Shown one piece after another: positions 44,561 to 53,192 of a stretch of 57,421 nucleotides of DNA (position 1 is its first letter; every line of letters starts with the position of its first letter). This stretch comes from Candidatus Komeilibacteria bacterium CG_4_10_14_0_2_um_filter_37_10 (GTDB taxonomy: Bacteria > Patescibacteriota > Patescibacteriia > UBA1558), in assembly GCA_002793075.1 (NCBI GenBank), contig PFPO01000073.1:1-57421 (forward strand). The letters run 5' to 3'. Under the pieces are notes generated by a model that saw nothing but the letters and a program-made list of their open reading frames with translations, did not search any database and was not told the origin of the DNA. The position numbers and the translations under genes are program-made.

Positions 44561-45506
44561 AACAAAAATCATTTTTTTTTCCTCGGATCACCATACCTGG
44601 CCAGTGCTGAGATATTTAGCACAAAATGTTAATTATGATGTTTTACTGATTACTAAGAATGAAAAACCTATTGGTCGTAATCAGGTGATGTCAGCCAACA
44701 ATTTAGCCCTGGAAGCTGATAAAAATAATATTTCAACAGTTGCCGTTTCTTCAATAGATCAGGAATTAAATAATAAAATTGCTGATTTCCAGCCAGCGAT
44801 AATATTTGTTTACTCCTTTGGTTTGATTTTCCCAACTTGGTTTATTACTACTTACGGAGACAAAACTATTAACATTCATCCGTCAGATTTACCGAAATAT
44901 CGTGGCAGTTCTCCGCTCCAGGCAGCTCTGCTTAAGGGAGACAAGAAAACAGCAGTTTCGTTTATCAAATTAGCTAATGATGTAGACGCTGGTGATGTAT
45001 TATGTAAGTATCCGCTCATTATTCAATCAACGGATCAATACCTGACTCTAAGTCAATCAGTCAATCAGTCAATAATACAACAAATTGATAACTTTATTAA
45101 TCAATATCTAAATCACAAGTTAACAGCTTCTACTCAAGGACTGGTAGGACTGTCCAAAACCAGAAAAATCAATAAACAAAATGGTCTTATTGATTGGCAA
45201 TTAGCTGCTGTTGCTATTTTTAATAAGTGGCGAGCTTATTATTATTGGCCGGAAATCTATACTTACTGGCAAAATAGTAAGTTGATTTTAAAAGAAATTG
45301 CACTTGCTACAGATCAAAATCAAATTGCTCACATCGGGCAAATTTATCAGTCAGCTAATAAACAAATTTGTGTTCAATGCGGTGTCGGTTCGATAATTAT
45401 ATTACAAATACAGTTAGCCGGAAAAAAACAAATGCCCATCGAGTTATTTATTAATGGTCAGCGAACATTTATTGATTCCTCTTTAGCTAATCCTTTTTCT
45501 CAGTAA
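44541..45506 (+). CDS. fmt: methionyl-tRNA formyltransferase
   Basis: INIHPSDLPKYRGSSPLQAALLKGD formyltransferase core with a C-terminal tRNA-binding domain. def-fmt pair. Confidence 0.9.
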   Translation: MALSPNKTKIIFFSSDHHTWPVLRYLAQNVNYDVLLITKNEKPIGRNQVMSANNLALEADKNNISTVAVSSIDQELNNKIADFQPAIIFVYSFGLIFPTWFITTYGDKTINIHPSDLPKYRGSSPLQAALLKGDKKTAVSFIKLANDVDAGDVLCKYPLIIQSTDQYLTLSQSVNQSIIQQIDNFINQYLNHKLTASTQGLVGLSKTRKINKQNGLIDWQLAAVAIFNKWRAYYYWPEIYTYWQNSKLILKEIALATDQNQIAHIGQIYQSANKQICVQCGVGSIIILQIQLAGKKQMPIELFINGQRTFIDSSLANPFSQ

Positions 45507-46980
45507 CCCAAAAACCCAATTTAAAGCGGCCACCGAGCATCATCCGCGTTTGCGCGTCAGTAGCTGGTAGGGAACCAAATATGATCATCGTGATCGGAAA
45601 AATTAGCCACTGAAAAAACATTATTAAATATTTAGCCCAGTGATATTTTTGCGGTTTTGGTGGCAATATTTTCGTGGCTAAAAAACCAGTTAAAAATAAT
45701 CCCACCATTGAAATAGACATTAAAAATTTTAGGATATAGGGTGCTTGCTGAGCAATATACAACTCTTGAATATTTTTACTAGCTACCCATAGGGGTAATT
45801 TACCCATAATAAAAATGAGTAAGGGTGCCGTGGCCCACGAATATACACCCTCTGTTTGATTCCATAAATACCGTATTTTTTTTACTAACGGTATTTTTTT
45901 GTTACGCGCAAAATTCCAAGCCATATAAGGAAAGTGTTCAACGCCCCAAGCCCAACGACGCATTTGTTTATATTGATTGATCAGGCTTCGCCAAAATTTA
46001 CCCATATAAACAGTATTCATGGAAACTGGTATGTACATGGGCTTGACCTGATAATCACCATTATAATAGATAAAACACTGCAAAAAGATACGTGAATCCT
46101 CGGTAACAATATCATTTTGCCAAAAACCAACCTTAACTAAAGTATCAAAACTCATACTATGCGAAGAAAAAGTAAATAATCTTTCTGGTCTGGCCAAATC
46201 AGTTAATAACCAAAAAGTGGTTGAGTTGGCCACCACTCGTGTAATAAAATTCGATTCCCACATGTTATTATGATAAAAAGCTAGAGGCTGATAACTATAA
46301 TGCGTGGGCCGATCAACGGTAGCATATTGCATAGTTAAATAGGCAAAATATTGCGGATGGACATGGGTATCAATATCAAAACAAGAAACAATAACTCGCT
46401 CATGGGGCCAGCCTTGTTGATCAACGTATAGTTTGGCTTGTTGACCAGCATAATGCATGTTTGATCCTTTACCCGGCAATTCGCCAGCAACATTCTGGGG
46501 ATGAACAGTAATGATTAATTTCTTAAAATATTGTCCATACCGTTCATTGATAATGGCACTAATGTTCAAAAAATTTTCTTTATCTCTCTCCTCACCACCC
46601 AAAATAATAGTCATTTTCTTTAAAGAATATTTTACTGCTATTAAATTATCAAATGTTTTGGCAATAACTTCTAACGGTTCCTTATAAGTTGGTAAAAAAA
46701 TTAGATGCTCATATTGCTGATAATTAATATGGCGATAATCTAATTCTTTTTGCCAATCAATTTTGATTTCTGATTGATATTTCCGCCAAGAAATAATCAA
46801 ATATATTAACGAGTAGCTAATCCGCAAAAACCAATAAAGATCAAAAAGAATAATAAAATAGATGGCGATAATAGGTTGCCAAAAAGATAAGATAACAGCG
46901 CCAATTAGGGTGGTCCAAACTAAAAAACCTGGTAGTATTTCTAATAGTCGATAGTAGTAATAATTTTTATTAATTATCAT
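45487..46980 (-). CDS. membrane-integrated processive GT2 beta-glycan synthase-like protein
   Basis: TM helices at both ends. Cytoplasmic GT2 core with FDIDTH (DxD), VTEDSRIF (TED) and QMRRWAWG (QxxRW), the D,D,D,QxxRW set of cellulose/chitin/NodC-type synthases. Confidence 0.75.
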   Translation of the reverse strand: MIINKNYYYYRLLEILPGFLVWTTLIGAVILSFWQPIIAIYFIILFDLYWFLRISYSLIYLIISWRKYQSEIKIDWQKELDYRHINYQQYEHLIFLPTYKEPLEVIAKTFDNLIAVKYSLKKMTIILGGEERDKENFLNISAIINERYGQYFKKLIITVHPQNVAGELPGKGSNMHYAGQQAKLYVDQQGWPHERVIVSCFDIDTHVHPQYFAYLTMQYATVDRPTHYSYQPLAFYHNNMWESNFITRVVANSTTFWLLTDLARPERLFTFSSHSMSFDTLVKVGFWQNDIVTEDSRIFLQCFIYYNGDYQVKPMYIPVSMNTVYMGKFWRSLINQYKQMRRWAWGVEHFPYMAWNFARNKKIPLVKKIRYLWNQTEGVYSWATAPLLIFIMGKLPLWVASKNIQELYIAQQAPYILKFLMSISMVGLFLTGFLATKILPPKPQKYHWAKYLIMFFQWLIFPITMIIFGSLPATDAQTRMMLGGRFKLGFWVTEKKD

Positions 46981-47491
46981 AGAATTGATCTGATGTTATC
47001 GACTTGATAGCTGAATATTCAAAGGTGATTTTAGTCTCTAATTGGTTATTCAACGTTGATACTGTAAGCTCCTGTGGCCAATTATCGGAGTTCATCACTA
47101 ATTTTATAATCTGCCGATCACTAATTAATTGGTATTCATTAACAGAAACACCCTGTAGACGATTGCTGTTTTGCGCGAAGTAATTTATCAAAATATAGGG
47201 ATCAAATAATAACCAATTAGCCGCGGCCAGATCACTAATATTACTACTAATAGGTGCATCTAAGATGGTAATAGTACCATCTTTTTCCACTTTCAGATTA
47301 TTATCTAATCTGGTCAAAGAATAACTTGTATCTTGATAAATCAATTTTACTTGATAATTTGGTACAACGGCAGGAGAAAAATTAGTATTATTTTGCTGGG
47401 CTATATTCCAAGCGACGACCAATAAAACTATCAATATGATGATAATAAAATATACTAATCCTTTGATATTTGTTCCTTCCCGAAAGATCAT
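46970..47491 (-). CDS. hypothetical N-terminally anchored extracytoplasmic protein
   Basis: 173 aa with a single N-terminal TM helix (GLVYFIIIILIVLLVVAW). Start and stop overlap both neighbours. Confidence 0.55.
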   Translation of the reverse strand: MIFREGTNIKGLVYFIIIILIVLLVVAWNIAQQNNTNFSPAVVPNYQVKLIYQDTSYSLTRLDNNLKVEKDGTITILDAPISSNISDLAAANWLLFDPYILINYFAQNSNRLQGVSVNEYQLISDRQIIKLVMNSDNWPQELTVSTLNNQLETKITFEYSAIKSITSDQFYDN

Positions 47492-48174
47492 TGTAAAATA
47501 ATTTTTTCAATTATAATATCCTCTACCGGGTAGTCATTAGCACCGATGGTACTATTCTCAATGGCGTCGAGAGTTTCCCAGCCACTAATAACATAACCAA
47601 AATTTGTATGGACGCCATCTAACCATGGCGTTTGTTCAGCGGTCACGATGAAAAACTGACTGCCATTAGTATTGGGTCTCGCAGTATTAGCCATCGCTAG
47701 CGACCCTCGCACTAATTTATGTTGGTTAAATTCGTCGACAAAAGCATAACCAGGTCCTCCGGTGCCATCATTACTACGATCATTGTCTTTGGAGTTGGGA
47801 TCACCACCTTGAATCATAAAATCTTTAATAACTCGATGAAATTTACTATTGTTATAAAAATTTTGTTCCGCTAAGTAGAGAAAATTATTTACAGTTATTG
47901 GTGATTCATCATTATACAATTGGACTTTTATTTCCCCTTTATTCGTGACAATTGTGGCTACAGAATATTTGGTTAATAGTTGAGGTTGTTGGCTAACTGG
48001 TAAGATTTCGTCATTTTTCACAGTTTTTTCGGTAGTTTGTTGTTGTACGTTATTGTTATTTTCCATATTTTTTAAATTATTATTAGTATTTACTGCCTTT
48101 TGCTGATTTTGACAACCGCTAAGTAACAAAATAAAAGCGGCAATTAAAAATATTTGTTTTTTCATTATTGACAT
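47488..48174 (-). CDS. cyclophilin-type peptidyl-prolyl cis-trans isomerase, predicted lipoprotein
   Basis: Lipobox LLLSGC. Cyclophilin core FHRVIKDFMIQGGDP...GSLAMANTARPNTNGSQFFI. Confidence 0.9.
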   Translation of the reverse strand: MSIMKKQIFLIAAFILLLSGCQNQQKAVNTNNNLKNMENNNNVQQQTTEKTVKNDEILPVSQQPQLLTKYSVATIVTNKGEIKVQLYNDESPITVNNFLYLAEQNFYNNSKFHRVIKDFMIQGGDPNSKDNDRSNDGTGGPGYAFVDEFNQHKLVRGSLAMANTARPNTNGSQFFIVTAEQTPWLDGVHTNFGYVISGWETLDAIENSTIGANDYPVEDIIIEKIILQ

Positions 48175-48196
48175 TTTAATAGTTAATTAATATAAT
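48168..48196 (+). promoter_or_regulatory. consensus sigma70 promoter for tRNA-Gln
   Basis: TTGACA (48168-48173), exactly 17 nt, TATAAT (48191-48196). The tRNA 5' end lies 20 nt downstream of the -10 box. The -35 overlaps the first codons of the divergent PPIase gene. Confidence 0.65.
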
Positions 48197-48216
48197 ATTT
48201 TCGCAAGTTATTATGA

Positions 48217-48290
48217 TCGGGGGTCGTCTAACGGCAGGACAGCGGGTTTTGGTCCCGCTAATCGGGGTTCGAATCCCTGCCCCCGAACCA
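48217..48290 (+). tRNA. tRNA-Gln (anticodon UUG), CCA encoded
   Basis: Hand-folded cloverleaf. Acceptor TCGGGGG/CCCCCGA, 3-bp D stem GTC/GAC, anticodon stem GCGGG/CCCGC with loop TT-TTG-GT. T arm CGGGG-TTCGAAT-CCCTG, discriminator A, then CCA. Confidence 0.9.
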
Positions 48291-48365
48291 CGTCATAATT
48301 CATCTCATAACTGCGTGTTTCAAATCAAGTTTGAACCACTCCGTCATTCGATAAATTATTCCTTT

Positions 48366-48421
48366 AAAATCTTCACTTTTCTTCTCCCGCCAGAAGCGGG
48401 GTCAGACCAAGTGAAGATTTT
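48366..48421. terminator. 56-nt long hairpin, possible bidirectional terminator between tRNA-Gln and rplI
   Basis: AAAATCTTCACTT (48366-48378) is perfectly complementary to AAGTGAAGATTTT (48409-48421). An inner stem CCCGC-cagaa-GCGGG sits at 48386-48400. A4/T4 lie at the base of the stem. Confidence 0.45.
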
Positions 48422-48465
48422 GTTAATATCGTATCGGGCGGTAGAATGATCAGATGTTATTTTTC

Positions 48466-48492
48466 AACAGAATTGATATTTCTGTTTTTTTT
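48466..48492 (+). terminator. intrinsic terminator (plus strand)
   Basis: AACAGAA (48466-48472), loop ttgatat, TTCTGTT (48480-48486), then T6 (48487-48492). Confidence 0.55.
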
Positions 48493-48521
48493 ATTTAATC
48501 AAAAACAACCTACTAACTATT

Positions 48522-48959
48522 TTATTTTTTACTAATGTTTATTTTTAGTTTTACTGCTTGTTTATTGAGAATAATTTCTATTTCCTGTGAACCAAGTTTT
48601 TTTACGTTCTGATTAATTTGCAAACTTTTATTAGGTAAATCAATTTTGAATTGCTCTTTAATAGAATCAACTATTTGCTGTTCATTGATGGCGGCGTACA
48701 GATGATTTTGATCATTGACCCGTACTTTGATCTGTAAAGTTGCATTAGTTAAAATATGGATGATTTTCTCTTGCTTAGGTAAATCAACTAACTGCTTATT
48801 ATCTTTTTGTTTATTTTGTTGCACTAAACGGATATTCGTTGGTGTCGGTAGGAAAGCAAGTTTTTGGGGTATTAAAAAATTTAATGCTAATCCATCTTTC
48901 ACTTCTTTAATTTCACCGACCCTACCATGAATACAATTCTTGATAAAAAGTATTTGCAT
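48522..48959 (-). CDS. rplI: 50S ribosomal protein L9
   Basis: The N-terminal domain MQILFIKNCIHGRVGEIKEVKDGLALNFLIPQKLA is typical L9. 145 aa. Confidence 0.88.
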   Translation of the reverse strand: MQILFIKNCIHGRVGEIKEVKDGLALNFLIPQKLAFLPTPTNIRLVQQNKQKDNKQLVDLPKQEKIIHILTNATLQIKVRVNDQNHLYAAINEQQIVDSIKEQFKIDLPNKSLQINQNVKKLGSQEIEIILNKQAVKLKINISKK

Positions 48960-48965
48960 ATAATA

Positions 48966-50222
48966 TTATTGATTAATAATTTTTAAGGCTTCCTTTAGTT
49001 GATTATCGTCTGGGTCTTCATAATTTCTTTCTACTTTGATATCAGGTTCAACACCTTTTTCATTAATAACCCTATTATTTGGCGTTCGCCATTCAGCCAC
49101 GGTTATTTTGATCGCTGAACCATCAGATAAGTTTTCTAACTCTTGAACTGATCCCTTACCAAAAGTCGTTTCTCCGATAACTGTTGCTAATTTATAATCT
49201 TGCAGCGCTCCAGCCAATATTTCACTAGCTGACGCTGATCCGCCATTAACTAAGACAACAGTAGGCAAACTTTTCAAAATAGGATTACCTACTGTTTTGT
49301 AATCTTTATTTTTTGTGGCATCATAAAACATTTCCTTGACCATAACTTGATCATCCAACCAATAGCCACCGAGTTCAATAGCAACGTCCAAGAAGCCACC
49401 AGGATTATTACGTAAATCAACTATTAATTTCTGAGCGCCTTGATTAATAATTTGATTTACTGCCTCTTTGAACCTTTCTCCAGTATCTTGATTGAAGTGG
49501 GTTATCTTGAGATAAGCTATTTTATTTTCCTTCATCTGCCAAGAAACACTAACTATTTTAATAACATCACGGGCTATTTCTAGTTTAATCGGCTGATTAT
49601 CGCTAGCATGGACAATAATTAAGCTAACTTTAGTACCCTTTTCTCCGCGAATCAAACTAACAGCTTTATCAACGGATATATTGGTTGTATCCAATTGATT
49701 AATAGCAATGATTTTATCTCCTGACTGAATGCCAGCTTTTTCCGCCGGTGTACCCGGCAAAGGAGCTATAATGGTTAAATGATTATCTTTGATACCTATT
49801 TCTGCACCAATGCCTTGAAATTGTCCACTTAACTCTTCAGTGAATTCCAGGGCTACCTTAGGATCAAAAAACACTGTGTACGGATCGCGCAAAGCTGCTA
49901 CTGATCCAGCTAAAGCTCCATAAAATAATTCTACTTCATTTAATTTATCCTGATGTAAATATTTACTTTTCAACAAATTCCAAGTTTGCCAGAGAAGATT
50001 AAAATCTATATTTTTGGTTAAATATGCCGGTCGTGAATCAATATTTACTACCTGACCGTAATCATTGGTTGTGTTAACGGTAGTATTTCCCAGTTGTCCG
50101 GTGTAAACACCAATAAAAAAGATTACTGGTACAATAATAATAACTAATAAGAATTTCTTTAAAGAAAAAGTTCTTTTGCTATATAATTCTGCTATTTGTT
50201 GTTTGTTTTGTTCTGTTAACAT
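48966..50222 (-). CDS. S41 family C-terminal processing peptidase (PDZ domain)
   Basis: N-terminal TM anchor, PDZ segment GIQSGDKIIAIN, catalytic region LVNGGSASASEILAGAL and downstream TFGKGSVQ. Confidence 0.9.
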   Translation of the reverse strand: MLTEQNKQQIAELYSKRTFSLKKFLLVIIIVPVIFFIGVYTGQLGNTTVNTTNDYGQVVNIDSRPAYLTKNIDFNLLWQTWNLLKSKYLHQDKLNEVELFYGALAGSVAALRDPYTVFFDPKVALEFTEELSGQFQGIGAEIGIKDNHLTIIAPLPGTPAEKAGIQSGDKIIAINQLDTTNISVDKAVSLIRGEKGTKVSLIIVHASDNQPIKLEIARDVIKIVSVSWQMKENKIAYLKITHFNQDTGERFKEAVNQIINQGAQKLIVDLRNNPGGFLDVAIELGGYWLDDQVMVKEMFYDATKNKDYKTVGNPILKSLPTVVLVNGGSASASEILAGALQDYKLATVIGETTFGKGSVQELENLSDGSAIKITVAEWRTPNNRVINEKGVEPDIKVERNYEDPDDNQLKEALKIINQ

Positions 50223-51481
50223 TAGTCAATTTTATTAATTTTTAATCCTAATTTTTGTAAACGCGGTACAAGATTTTGATATCCTCGTTCTATTTGATAA
50301 ATATTATCTATTTCTGATGTACCCACAGCTATAGAAGCCGCGATTAACATGGCTATCCCTGCTCTTAAATCAGGACTTTCAACTTTTTTTCCTTGTAATT
50401 TAGTTGGACCCTGAATAATAATTCGATGCGGATCGCATAATATTATATTGGCGCCCATTCTATTAAGCATATCTGTATAATACAACCTACTTTCATAAAT
50501 AGTCTCGTGCACCATACTCAAACCTTGGCTCTGAGTTAATAAGACAGTCATTGGGGCCTGTAAATCAGTGGGGAAGCCAGGATATTCGTGAGTAATAATG
50601 TTTATAGCTTGCAGTGGTTTTGGGCTACCATAAACAATAATATCATTTTTTTTAATTGTCATCTTAACACCAATTTTTTGCCACAGAGAAATAGGAATGG
50701 TTAACAAATTGGGCTGACAGTTTTTTAAGGTTATTTGTCCTTTATTTAAAGCAGCGAGAATAATAAAACTGCCCATTTCTAAACGATCTGGTATGACTTG
50801 ATATCTAACACCTTGCAATTCATTAACACCCCCAATAGTTATTTCTGGTGTACCTGAGCCAATAATTTTAGCACCCATTTTGACCAACATATCACATAAA
50901 GCGACAACTTCTGGTTCACAGGCGGCATTAATAATCTTGGTCTCACCACGAGCCAATACCGCCGCCATAATCATGCTCTCGGTGCCAGTATGACTGACTT
51001 GGGGAAAGATAATTTGCGCTCCCACCATTTTCTTTGCTTGTAGTGAGTAATGATCGTGATGGAATTTGATTCGGACACCAAAATTGGCAAAACCATCAAT
51101 GAACAAATTTATTGGGCGTTTACCAATTACACAACCACCGGGATGAGGTAAAATAGCTTTTTGTAAACGAGCTAACAGTGGGGCGATAAAAAGTATGGAA
51201 GTTCGCAAGCGACGAGCTAGCAAATCATCTATTTCCCAATTTTTTATCTGAGCATTATTTATCTCGTAAGAATTAGTACCTAACTTTTTAATCTTCGATC
51301 CTAGCTTGGTCATGATGGCCAACATAATTTTAACATCCTCAATGTCTGGAACATTATCAATAATACAGATTTGCTTGGTCAGCATTGTTGCTGGTAATAT
51401 CTTTAAGGCATGATTCTTAGCGCCGGCTATTTCTACTTCACCCGACAGCTTATTATTTCCTTGGATTACATATTTAGACAT
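50222..51481 (-). CDS. murA: UDP-N-acetylglucosamine 1-carboxyvinyltransferase
   Basis: GAKNHALKILPA and the active-site loop PGGCVIGKRPINL with Cys. Also FPTDLQAPM and DLRAGIAMLIA. ATG at 51481 (MSKYVIQG) preferred. TAATG overlap with the peptidase start. Confidence 0.93.
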   Translation of the reverse strand: MSKYVIQGNNKLSGEVEIAGAKNHALKILPATMLTKQICIIDNVPDIEDVKIMLAIMTKLGSKIKKLGTNSYEINNAQIKNWEIDDLLARRLRTSILFIAPLLARLQKAILPHPGGCVIGKRPINLFIDGFANFGVRIKFHHDHYSLQAKKMVGAQIIFPQVSHTGTESMIMAAVLARGETKIINAACEPEVVALCDMLVKMGAKIIGSGTPEITIGGVNELQGVRYQVIPDRLEMGSFIILAALNKGQITLKNCQPNLLTIPISLWQKIGVKMTIKKNDIIVYGSPKPLQAINIITHEYPGFPTDLQAPMTVLLTQSQGLSMVHETIYESRLYYTDMLNRMGANIILCDPHRIIIQGPTKLQGKKVESPDLRAGIAMLIAASIAVGTSEIDNIYQIERGYQNLVPRLQKLGLKINKID

Positions 51482-51543
51482 ACTGTATTTTAAACACAAA
51501 TTATGGTAGTATTATATAATAATTTCCCGGTATTTTCAATTTT

Positions 51544-52875
51544 ATGAAAATGTGGCACAAAAGAGTGACTTGGATTGGTGTAGTTATAATTTTTTTTATT
51601 CTGACACCTATTTTGATACTTTATGGACAAGGTTATAATTTTAATTTAGCCAAGCAAAGAATTGAACAAACAGGTATTATTTATTTAAAAACTTACCCGC
51701 GTTCCACGCAAATTTACTTGAATAATAAGTTAATTGCCAATTCTACCCCCTATCATATAAAAAGATTACCTGTTGGTGATTATGAAATCACTATCAAAAA
51801 AGATGGCTATCATTCTTGGCAAAAAAAAATAACAGTTGTTGCCGGGATGACTACTTTTATTGAAGACATAGTTCTTTATACCGATAATGCGCCACGGGAA
51901 TTTAGTAATTTTCAGTTACAATCTTATTTTGTCAGTAGCGCCAATAATTTATTAATGTTAACGATCAAGGATAATAGTTATCAACTATTATATTTTGATT
52001 TAAATTTTAATCAACTAAAAAAGATTAAAAGTTGGGATTTGGCAAACAAAATTGAACTTTTAGCTTGGTCACCAAATGAAAGAAAGTATATCTATCGAGA
52101 AAATAATAAATTTTACTGGACTTCGATTGATGGTTTAACTACCAGTAAAGATATTAGTAACAATAAGAGCTATTTGGTCAATTTTACTTGGCATGAATTT
52201 GCGGATAACAAAATATATTCAACTATTAATAATCAAGTAAAACTATTAGATCTCAATCTTAATCGCCTAGAAAGTATCAGTTCCCAAGCCAGTCAAGTTA
52301 TTACCGATCACAATAAATCCTATATTCTCACAGCAGCTGATAATAAATTTAAGAGTGTTTTAACAGAGCTAGGAATAGACGTTGAACACGATCGGATAAT
52401 ATTACCTTTTACTAGCGAAGTTACCGTAATAAAAAATGGACCCGTTCTTAGCTTTATCGACCAGGCTAACAATTTTTTGTATTTAATTGACACACCAATA
52501 AAAAAAACATTGGCTAATTATAAATTAATACCTTACGTCAAAGCAGCGCAATGGTACGCCCCACAACAAGATAAAATTTTATATTGGAATGACAATGAAA
52601 TTCAAATATACTATTGGCATAAGAAACAATACCAAAATGTTTTTCGTTCCTCCGCCGTCATCAAAAATGCCAACTGGCACCCCAATGGTTCTTATATCTT
52701 TTTTTATGAAAATAATACTATTCGTTTGACGGAACTAGATGAACGAGACTTTAAAAATACTATTGATCTGGTTCAGGATAATAATATTGATCGTTTTTTT
52801 GTCAATAATAAAGGTGATGTTATTTATTATTATCAGCCAGAAAAACAAAAATTTTACGCTCTCCAAATTCAATAA
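51544..52875 (+). CDS. membrane-anchored PEGA domain protein with a C-terminal beta-propeller-like region
   Basis: N-terminal TM helix (WIGVVIIFFILTPILIL). PEGA domain STQIYLNNKLIANSTPYHIKRLPVGDYEITIKKDGYHSWQKKI. The remainder is beta-rich with recurring W/Y-containing blades. Confidence 0.7.
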   Translation: MKMWHKRVTWIGVVIIFFILTPILILYGQGYNFNLAKQRIEQTGIIYLKTYPRSTQIYLNNKLIANSTPYHIKRLPVGDYEITIKKDGYHSWQKKITVVAGMTTFIEDIVLYTDNAPREFSNFQLQSYFVSSANNLLMLTIKDNSYQLLYFDLNFNQLKKIKSWDLANKIELLAWSPNERKYIYRENNKFYWTSIDGLTTSKDISNNKSYLVNFTWHEFADNKIYSTINNQVKLLDLNLNRLESISSQASQVITDHNKSYILTAADNKFKSVLTELGIDVEHDRIILPFTSEVTVIKNGPVLSFIDQANNFLYLIDTPIKKTLANYKLIPYVKAAQWYAPQQDKILYWNDNEIQIYYWHKKQYQNVFRSSAVIKNANWHPNGSYIFFYENNTIRLTELDERDFKNTIDLVQDNNIDRFFVNNKGDVIYYYQPEKQKFYALQIQ

Positions 52876-53192
52876 CTGAATAACAAGTAAAATAGTATAC
52901 CAGTAACGAGAAATGGTACTAAAAGTAACGGCCAAGAGAAATTAAAATAAATTAATGCTAGCGTGGCTAAAAGTAGTAAATAAATAATACTACTTTTTTT
53001 CTTCGTAATTTTTGGCTGCTCCGAATAAAAGTAATAAATAACTAACACCATGGTAACTACTAGGTGGTAGTGTATATTATAATAATTACTAATAACGCCG
53101 GGCTTAATATTATCCATGATTAAAAATATTAAGAGAAAATATACGGCTATTAATACTAGATGATGTTTGATTTGTAACCAGGTATTATTCAT
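52869..53192 (-). CDS. small polytopic membrane protein
   Basis: 107 aa with 3-4 hydrophobic helices. Its start overlaps the upstream gene stop by 8 nt. Confidence 0.5.
   Translation of the reverse strand: MNNTWLQIKHHLVLIAVYFLLIFLIMDNIKPGVISNYYNIHYHLVVTMVLVIYYFYSEQPKITKKKSSIIYLLLLATLALIYFNFSWPLLLVPFLVTGILFYLLFSY

Noticed and set aside
48366-48421. Possibility that the long hairpin is SRP (4.5S) RNA, 6S RNA or RNase P RNA
   Set aside because: No SRP domain IV signature (GGAA tetraloop context, AGCAGC), no RNase P GAGGAAAGUCC, and too short for 6S. It is kept only as an unclassified hairpin/terminator.
48213-48449. 78-aa plus-strand ORF in the track
   Set aside because: It reads straight through the tRNA-Gln gene and the downstream hairpins. 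It has no coding-like features and is explained by the RNA gene and terminator structures.
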